Source: an uncultured virus (IMG/VR IMGVR_UViG_3300031628_000001) (Duplodnaviria; Heunggongvirae; Uroviricota; Caudoviricetes; Crassvirales). Taken from it: DNA of 20,000 nucleotides. The position numbers were made by a program, and so were the translations under genes. Below the pieces are notes generated by a model that saw nothing but the letters and a program-made list of their open reading frames with translations, did no database searches and was not told the origin of the DNA. Positions 1 through 7,900 of this stretch are shown piece by piece (position 1 is the first letter of the stretch; each line of letters starts with the position of its first letter). The stretch spans positions 52,441 through 72,440 of the IMG/VR virus record IMGVR_UViG_3300031628_000001; one strand, written 5' to 3'.

Positions 1-1
1 A

Positions 2-3000
2 TAATGTTCCTGATTGAAATCCTGGTTCTTTACCTTGGTTACCAAATCCTATTCCTTTATAAAATTCTGGTAGTAATTCATTTTCAACATCAATTTTAAA
101 AACACTTCCATTAAAAGTTCTATCTGCTCTTTCACTGTATCTAAGTGGATCAAGTGGATCTGCTGAATAGTAACCCATGTCTTTATTACCAGCTGCATTT
201 GTAGCCATATCACCATATCTATATAAAGTTGTTTTAGGATATTTACCACCGCCAACTTTACCAATCTTTTCTACATAACTTCTTAAGTTATCTTGTGTTA
301 GTGTTAAACCTGAATCTTTTTTTAGTTTTTCAACCTCTAACTGTGTAGGCCATCCTCCTTTTATATTATGTTTAACATTTCTATGACCATAATAATCTAA
401 ACCTGTACTAGATGTATAATTTGTCCTAAGTTTAACATTATCTAAAAAGTTTATTTTACTATGATCTCCTACTGTATTTTGAGAAAGTATTCTTTTATAA
501 TTTCCTAACATATTCATTTTATATATGTTAGATTGACTTAAGAAAACAGGGTCAGTTGTAAACTGACTCCAGTCTGAATTATATCTATTACTAAAATCAT
601 TAACATCATTATTTATTTCAGCTATATAACCATCACCATATTTACTTGCTGTTTCAACATTAGGAGTGAAAAAAGTTTTATTTCCAAAGTTCTTTGTTAA
701 ATTAAAAGCACCTTCATTTACTGCAGTTGGGTTTACATTTGATAGTATCTTACCAGTATTTACTGCACTATTATATCCAGCTGGTCCTATACCCCTATAG
801 AGTTTATTACTACCTTGCACTAAATCATTAATAAAAGGACTCTTTATTGTATTTACTAAACCCTTACCGATATTATATGCATTCTTTAGATTGTACCATT
901 GAGCCTTAGGTAGTGATCCACCATATTTGAATTCAGGATTGTCAATGTGTACATCCATATCATTGATCTTATTTATCTTAAACTTTTCTTTATTAAGTAA
1001 TATATTTTCTATCTGATTACCATTTTGATCTACAAGTTGAATAGCATCATACCCATCTGCTTTAATTTTAGCAAGTTCTTTGTCTGACCATTTCTGGTGC
1101 ATTGCATGATTACCTTTGGAGAGGTCACTCTTAAATATTTTAAACTTAGTATTAGGATTAAAAACACCATCAATCTTATTTTGAAAAGCATTTTTTGTTA
1201 AAAGTTTGTGATCCATTAGTGGATCATTGTAATTAGGCAATCCAGTTTCTAGATTAAGGTGGTAACCATCATTTGCCAGACCACCAAATGGCATTGTTGC
1301 TTCTGTAAATGGTATTTCATCAAAACCTGGTTTACCTGTATTACCAAGTCTTCCAGAACCTACTTGAAAAAGTCCACCTTGTCCAGGAATTGTTGGAATA
1401 AATTTATTATTATCATCTGTCATTCTATATCTATTACTTGTTGCAGTAGGACCAAACCACATAGGTTTGTTATCAGCATAAATAGAATTTAATGTCTCTG
1501 ATAGATCCATACTAGTTCCTTCCTTCCCACTACTCATATGGGTTTGAGGAACAAGAGTAGAACCTGATTCAGTAAAAGGTAATAATTTTTGGTAGTTTAT
1601 ATTTTTAAAACTAGGTTTAGGAAGAAGTGATTTAGCTGGTTTAAATGATTTAGATATAGTATTAGCTAAAGCATATGCATTCTTAGGATTCCACCATTGT
1701 GCTTTGTTTAGTGAGCCACCATCTCTCTTAAAATCTAACCATTCTTGTTTTGATATTGAGTTCTTGAATTCTTTATATGATTTAAACCCGTTTAATTCTG
1801 CTAGTTCTTGTTGAAGTCTAAGACCTTCACGTTGATTTTTATAGGTTTTCATTACCTTCTCCATTTCATTTACTTGTATGGTTTTTGGTAATTTTGCTAA
1901 TATATCTAAGCTTCCTGATCTATCACCATTGCCCCATCTGTTGTTACTACTGTATAATCCATGATTAGTTGTCATATTATCTCCCCAATTATATTCCATT
2001 CTTTCTATAGTAGATAATGGAGAACCAGAGTGTGCCTTACTCTGACCTCCTCCAAAAGGATCTCCAAGATCCATATAAGAATGATCAAAATCTGGATGCA
2101 TTGTTGTAATACCTGATTTTTTACCAGTAAAGGGGTGTACCCAATCAAAATCATGTCCTTGCCACTGATGAGGTTTATAGTGATCCGCAGTCTGTGTTAA
2201 AGATACATCATCTCCTTTACTATAGTTTTTTATCATATAGTCTCTCATTATCATTTCACCTTCTCCTGCATTAAAAAACTGATCTTTAGGATTTATCATA
2301 TCATCCGTTGGTCTAGTATATGCTCCTTTTCCTCCTCTTGTAGAATATGAGTTTACAATACTTTCAAAATCTTCATTATTAGTATTTTCAAATAGTTTTA
2401 TATTTGTAATATTTGTTTCTTTTTTTATTTTCTTATATAACGTCTTATCTCTAGTCAAGATTAATGAATTAGCAGGTATTTCAAAATTACCTTTAGAATA
2501 GAACCATGTATCAGTTGGATCAAGATCTAGGGCAAGTCCAGATTTTGACAAATTTTCATAATCATTAATGATAGCTGTAGACTTCTTTGACCAACTTCCA
2601 CCCCCATGTCCAGGATTACCTATATGACCATAAGACCAATGTGTGGTATTTCTATTTGTTGATTTTAAACGAAGAGGAAATTCCTCACCTCTGCTGTCTG
2701 ATTTATAATGTGTATGTGGTTCTGTTGAACTAAATAATTTACCATCCGTAAATCTTAAACCTTTAGAACTTAATACTCTTGTTAATGGTATTTTGTTCTT
2801 AAAGACATCTGATTGTAAACTAAATTTATTATCAGCATTTACAGTTTTGTTATTAGATATTATATCATTACCTATGTTTATGTTTACATCTGTATTTATA
2901 GGAGTTACATAAGCTATTTTATTTTTTGGTATGATTGGAGCCTTTGATGCTTTAGGAATAAATTCATTAAGTTTTAATGATTTATTTAAAACCTTACCTA

Positions 3001-4912
3001 ACTGCTTACCTTTAATTAAACTCTTAGTTAAAGCATATGCATTCTTAACTTGCTTTAATTGAGCTTTTGGAAGTGAACCACCATACTTATATGTTCTTTC
3101 TTTACCATAAAACTCAGAATTTTTATAATCTATTGTCCAAGCTGTATTTTCAGAATTTTGTTTCTTTTCATAATCATTTAATACTTTCATTAACTCCATC
3201 CTTTCTTCTTTAGGATAGTAGGCAATAGGTTTATCTAAAGGAGTTTCAAATATACCAATTGAATTAAAATATTCCATTTCATTTAAATGGTTATCATTAT
3301 ACATCTTTCTATCTCTACCCGTTAATGTTTCAAATCTTGATAACGACTGTTCAGATCTATCAGATAATCTCCCTCTTTCCCCATCTGATATATTCATATT
3401 AGGGTTTTCAAGGAAATCTAGTTCCTTATATCTTGGTGATGCATCTGTATATTTAAAGTTAGATGTCCATACATTATTATCTTTATCAGTTAAAGCTTCC
3501 CAATAATCCATATCTTTTTTAGATTTATTATTAAGAACACCGCTCTTTTTATGATGATCATACCATTTCATATATTCATCATGACTACGTACATCTTGTA
3601 TATCTTTTATCCCTTTATCTGGAACTGCTGTATTAACTGTCTCTCCATCTTGATCTCCACCGTCATATACAAAATGAAATGGATTACTTTCTTCAGCAAG
3701 GGTTATGTCCCCTATTTCATAATAGTCAGGTTGTATATCTGTACTTCTTATATAATCAGACCACGAACCCTCCCACTTTTCTGGATCATCCTTCATCTCA
3801 TTCTTCCATGGTATCTTATTTAAAGGATCCGTTCCAGCAACTGAATTAAATGTATAAGGATAAGCAGTATCAAAGTCAGCATTAAGTTCTTCTTTAGTGT
3901 GTACTGGTGTATTATAGTAAGCTTTTTCAGCATCATAAAATACATCTTCTGTAGATTTTCCAAGTGGTGCCACTTCACTATAATTAGGAAGGTTCCCTTT
4001 TCTATGGTTGTCTCTTGTCCATTTACGATTTTCATTTGCCTTTGCATATTCTTCATCAGAAATAACATTAGCAAGATTACCAGCCCACCATCTCTCATCA
4101 CCTGTAAACCTTTTAAGATTGTTTAAACTATCTGTTCTTTTACTATAAGGTGCAACAAAATTGTTAAACTCTTCCTCAGACATTTTTGACATTATGTCCA
4201 CCCAAGACGTATCTCCTAATGTTTCTTCTAGCTCATCATAATTACTTAAGTTTATTGTAGGCTTCATAAACTTCCTATTAGGGTCACTTAAGTCTCTATT
4301 ATTTATAATATGATTGTTAGACCCTATGTCTTGATGCTTTATTAAACCACCATCTCTTTTCTTTAAGTTTGGAGTTTTCCAAGAACCTTTAGCAAACTTA
4401 TGTGATTCTTGTTCAGAATTAAAGTAATACACTTCACCTCTTTGCATAGCCATTTCAAAAGCAGACATCTCATCACCTTCTGCAAATTGAGTCCATGATG
4501 CTGGATCAGGAGTTTCTTGTCCTTCAATAGTAGGAAACAACATTGGAATAGCAACATATATTGGATTACCATCATCATCAGTAAATGACATACTAGTCAT
4601 TTTGTGTGAAGATACATCACCCATTTCTGAAGTCCAGTTTGTGATTAATTTATTATCTCTATCTACTTTCCTTTTCTTTACTTGATTCTTAGGTTTATCT
4701 TGCGTTAGATTTTGCATAGGTTGTTCAAAGACTTCACTACCAGGAAATTGATAATCAAGACCAGGTTGCATAAGTTGTTGATTACCAAGATTGTCTGTAC
4801 CCATCACAGGAAAGTCTACACCCTTCATAGTAATGTTACCTGAAGGTATCAAGTTGGAAGGTTTCTTTACATCCTTACTATCTCTTTTATATCCGTCTAT
4901 ACTATATGCCAT
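2..4912 (-). CDS. Large modular (polyvalent) protein, putative virion cargo/ejection protein with several ADP-ribosyltransferase-like modules; at least 1637 aa, runs off the window
   Basis: Not in the ORF track. Manual translation: the ATG at 4912-4910 overlaps the TAA of the upstream gene (TAATG), and the frame has no stop down to position 2. It starts MAYSIDGYKRDSKDVKKPSNLIPSGNITMKGVDFPVMGTDNLGNQQLMQPGLDYQFPGSEVFEQPMQ and leaves the window at ...YKGIGFGNQGKEPGFQSGTL. It lies directly after the muzzle-like gene, where crAss-like phages encode cargo proteins. The ORF itself is near-certain; the function is inferred. Confidence 0.85.
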   Translation of the reverse strand, partial: MAYSIDGYKRDSKDVKKPSNLIPSGNITMKGVDFPVMGTDNLGNQQLMQPGLDYQFPGSEVFEQPMQNLTQDKPKNQVKKRKVDRDNKLITNWTSEMGDVSSHKMTSMSFTDDDGNPIYVAIPMLFPTIEGQETPDPASWTQFAEGDEMSAFEMAMQRGEVYYFNSEQESHKFAKGSWKTPNLKKRDGGLIKHQDIGSNNHIINNRDLSDPNRKFMKPTINLSNYDELEETLGDTSWVDIMSKMSEEEFNNFVAPYSKRTDSLNNLKRFTGDERWWAGNLANVISDEEYAKANENRKWTRDNHRKGNLPNYSEVAPLGKSTEDVFYDAEKAYYNTPVHTKEELNADFDTAYPYTFNSVAGTDPLNKIPWKNEMKDDPEKWEGSWSDYIRSTDIQPDYYEIGDITLAEESNPFHFVYDGGDQDGETVNTAVPDKGIKDIQDVRSHDEYMKWYDHHKKSGVLNNKSKKDMDYWEALTDKDNNVWTSNFKYTDASPRYKELDFLENPNMNISDGERGRLSDRSEQSLSRFETLTGRDRKMYNDNHLNEMEYFNSIGIFETPLDKPIAYYPKEERMELMKVLNDYEKKQNSENTAWTIDYKNSEFYGKERTYKYGGSLPKAQLKQVKNAYALTKSLIKGKQLGKVLNKSLKLNEFIPKASKAPIIPKNKIAYVTPINTDVNINIGNDIISNNKTVNADNKFSLQSDVFKNKIPLTRVLSSKGLRFTDGKLFSSTEPHTHYKSDSRGEEFPLRLKSTNRNTTHWSYGHIGNPGHGGGSWSKKSTAIINDYENLSKSGLALDLDPTDTWFYSKGNFEIPANSLILTRDKTLYKKIKKETNITNIKLFENTNNEDFESIVNSYSTRGGKGAYTRPTDDMINPKDQFFNAGEGEMIMRDYMIKNYSKGDDVSLTQTADHYKPHQWQGHDFDWVHPFTGKKSGITTMHPDFDHSYMDLGDPFGGGQSKAHSGSPLSTIERMEYNWGDNMTTNHGLYSSNNRWGNGDRSGSLDILAKLPKTIQVNEMEKVMKTYKNQREGLRLQQELAELNGFKSYKEFKNSISKQEWLDFKRDGGSLNKAQWWNPKNAYALANTISKSFKPAKSLLPKPSFKNINYQKLLPFTESGSTLVPQTHMSSGKEGTSMDLSETLNSIYADNKPMWFGPTATSNRYRMTDDNNKFIPTIPGQGGLFQVGSGRLGNTGKPGFDEIPFTEATMPFGGLANDGYHLNLETGLPNYNDPLMDHKLLTKNAFQNKIDGVFNPNTKFKIFKSDLSKGNHAMHQKWSDKELAKIKADGYDAIQLVDQNGNQIENILLNKEKFKINKINDMDVHIDNPEFKYGGSLPKAQWYNLKNAYNIGKGLVNTIKSPFINDLVQGSNKLYRGIGPAGYNSAVNTGKILSNVNPTAVNEGAFNLTKNFGNKTFFTPNVETASKYGDGYIAEINNDVNDFSNRYNSDWSQFTTDPVFLSQSNIYKMNMLGNYKRILSQNTVGDHSKINFLDNVKLRTNYTSSTGLDYYGHRNVKHNIKGGWPTQLEVEKLKKDSGLTLTQDNLRSYVEKIGKVGGGKYPKTTLYRYGDMATNAAGNKDMGYYSADPLDPLRYSERADRTFNGSVFKIDVENELLPEFYKGIGFGNQGKEPGFQSGTL
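875..928 (-). repeat. Intragenic linker repeat, copy 4 (KYGGSLPKAQWYNLKNAY)
   Basis: Translated from the 4912 frame. Shares KYGGSLPKAQ exactly with the copy at 3029-3088, and shares the DNA 12-mer atatgcattctt (875-886) with copies 2 and 3. Confidence 0.85.
1667..1729 (-). repeat. Intragenic linker repeat, copy 3 (KRDGGSLNKAQWWNPKNAYAL)
   Basis: Translated from the 4912 frame. The 19 bp taaagcatatgcattctta (1667-1685) is identical to 3029-3047. Confidence 0.85.
3029..3088 (-). repeat. Intragenic linker repeat, copy 2 (KYGGSLPKAQLKQVKNAYAL)
   Basis: Translated from the 4912 frame; DNA and protein similarity to the copies at 875-928 and 1667-1729. Confidence 0.85.
4331..4360 (-). repeat. Intragenic linker repeat, copy 1, degenerate (KRDGGLIKHQ)
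   Basis: Shares KRDGG and a downstream KxQ with copy 3, and shares the DNA ccaccatctct with 1716-1726. Lacks the KNAY part. Confidence 0.6.
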
Positions 4913-7900
4913 TATCTAAATGATATATTCATTTTAGTATTATTTAATTTAAGTAACATCTTTCTGTCTCCTGATACGTTCTTTCTTAATACAATCATAT
5001 TATAGTAATGTCTAAACTTCTTACGCTGCAAAGGTGCTTTAATATAATTAAGATTTGCTTGATTTAAGTTTTTAATATACCCATTTAATGTTGTTATCCA
5101 TATAGGTCTTTCAACTCCAGTGAACTCACCTCTATCATCTGTAATATCCCAGAACTGATTAAATCTATATTTCTGTTCTTCTTTAGAATATAGGATTTGT
5201 ATATCAGTTGGATTATTAATTATAGGATACTGATTAAGTAAAACAATATTATTCTTAGGAGTAAGATCAAGAGTTAATAATCCTGATACCTGTTCTGAAT
5301 TATATATTATTGTTTCATCAAAGTTCCAATCTAAATCATGGAATCTATCTGTACCTATAAGCTGCTGAGGACGTGGTAAGTTAAAATTCTTATATACATA
5401 TGATTCTTGTTGGTACTCTATACTTCTTAGAGTATTGACAACTTGACCAGTGTTTTCTATTAGTGTAACTTCCCAAGGGAAATCTTCTCCATAATAGTTT
5501 ACAAACAGATCATTTCTTACATTGTGTTTCCACATACCACCAACTGTATAATTTGCAGGTACACATTGTTTATATTCCCAATTACATATAAGTGGATTTG
5601 GATTTACATAACCAGGTGTATCAACTAAAAATAAATCATCACATTGTGTTCCAGCCTCAAACCAAGTAGTAGCTAATGAAGGATCTAATACAGGTATAGG
5701 TGGACAATTACAATCTACCTTCTTACATGTTGGTGGATTTAATGAATTACAAACTTGATTAACAGGTACTTGCGTATATCCAGCTGGACATTCACATGAT
5801 ACACATTGTGGTAATGGGTCACCAGGATCAGGACTACAAAGAATAGATGGTATATCTGGAACTGTATTTACTGGACAATCACAACTAATAAGTGAATTCA
5901 TAACACTAACTGCAACATCTCCATAATTTGAAGAATCAACTGCAAATGCATCATTACCAATACTTTGTGCAGCAGTACCAAGTTGAACTAAACAATTTAA
6001 ATTAGTCCACCATCCATTATTTGCAGGAGCAACAGTATCAGCAAATACAGCAATTGTATCAACATCACCACCACCTGCTGCATTCCAAGTCCATAAATCA
6101 GCAGAAATATTATTTGGAGGGGACGCAGCACATGTATTATTTTGTGTATCTGTAATTATTATTACAACTTTTTTTGTTGCTGTTGATCCAGATAACATTG
6201 CTCTTGCTCTTAATACAGCTGTTTCATAATTAGTACCTCCTGCTGTATATGAAGCAGACGTTTCATCATAGGTGCTTATTGAACCTGCTATAGGATCTAT
6301 TAGAGTAGAATCATTACTTGTTAAACCTGTTACCTGAGCACTATTTGCATTATCCCATACTCCAAATCCAATTCTTACATTGTTAGTTCCAGATGCCATA
6401 CCAGGAGACATAACATTTACAAATGCTGTACAAAAATCTACTTGTGCACTAAGTACACCAAATGTACAATTAGTAGGGAAAGGTATTATACATCCAGGTA
6501 GAGCAGTTGATCCAGATACATCCATTACTAATGCAATATCTGTATCTACTGAAAAAGCAGTTTGGACTGAATCTACTACAGTTGTATCTGATGGAATATA
6601 TTTTACTTCAACAAATGCTGGATCAGATCCTGCTACTGTGATACAACATTCATCTAAAGTACTATTAAATGAATATCCAGGAGGACATTGTGGGATTTCA
6701 GTTGTTGTTGTTTTAGATGTCATGAAATGATTGATACTATTGAATGCTAATTCAGGATGCCAATCATGAAATGAGATCCATGCTTTTGCTTTAGGATCAT
6801 AACTAACTGTCCATGAAACATCTTGGAAGTATGTAGGATTCTCTAATTGGTAAGGTATATAAGTTAATACATCTTCATATGTAGCAGGAACTTCATCTAT
6901 ACATTCACACATTGGTACACCTCCTTGTATAACTGGTGTACAACCAGATGGACAATTTGGTAAAATACCTGGACATATTTTTTCAACTAAGTCATTTATA
7001 ATACCTTGTACATTAGCTGCTTGAAAGTCACCAGCCATATATGGATTAGGATCTCCTGTTATAGCATCATATCCAGCAATACTTTGTGCATAAGCTTCTT
7101 CAGCTGCAGTTGGAGTATTGTTATTTTTTAACCATCCAGGGATTATTTCTAACTGACCTAGAAAGTTTGAATTAGTAGGATCTTGATATTGTGCATTTGC
7201 ATGAATATTAGTTTGTATCCACTGAACTAAGTTATCAGGTTGTGCAGCACTTATGTTACCTACAACACCTGTATCAGGAGCTGTTGCTACCATAGGAGGT
7301 GTTGTTGGTGTTGCTACAAATGAAGAAGTTTGACCTAGGTTTATATAATTAGGTCTTGTAAGTGCTCTATCTGCTCCAGTAGAATCTGGATTAGTACCAC
7401 CCCAACCAGTTGATGTTGCATCCCAACCATCATTTAATATTATTAATTTTTTAGGTACATTAGGTCTTGCACCTGTACCACCTGGTCCTGGTGTAGGATT
7501 AAATAACCAGTTTGTACCTGACCATACTGCATCTCCATATCCTGTACCCCCAGTAACATTACAATCATTACCACCACAAGGTACACCTGGACAACAAGCT
7601 GAAGTACCAGAAGCACAAGTATACTCACTCATGAAACCTGTAGTTTGATTTAATAAGTTTGGGTTAAAAGTTAATGCTACAGGTGCTCTTAATCCATTAC
7701 ATGCAATTGCAGTAGCATTAAATGATCCTTCATCATATGCTCTAGTTCCCCAAGCCATAATACCTATTTGTGTATCACCTAATGACATAGCATTATCAAA
7801 CACATCTAAAATACCTTGAACAATTAACCTCATGCTATTAACATTAGATTGTAAAGGTACTGAGTATGAAGCATCAATAGAAAGAACAATATCTAATTTA

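Noticed and set aside
3640..3670. YDGGDQDG as an additional linker copy
   Set aside because: It has GG but lacks the LxKAQ and KNAY parts; probably chance.
875..4360. Linker repeats as a CRISPR array or DGR template/variable repeats
   Set aside because: Spacing is 0.8-1.4 kb, the copies are in-frame and degenerate, differences are not adenine-specific, and no cas or reverse transcriptase gene is in the window.
49..4578. Short track ORFs 49-264, 1259-1492, 3551-3823, 3820-4101, 3899-4126, 4363-4578
   Set aside because: They are alternative-frame or antisense shadows of the long 4912 ORF, with non-protein-like composition.
1..4911. Apparent 4.9-kb ORF-poor region suggesting non-coding DNA, a pseudogene or stop-codon recoding
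   Set aside because: Manual translation shows a single open minus-strand frame in the standard code. The track missed it, most likely because its stop lies outside the window.
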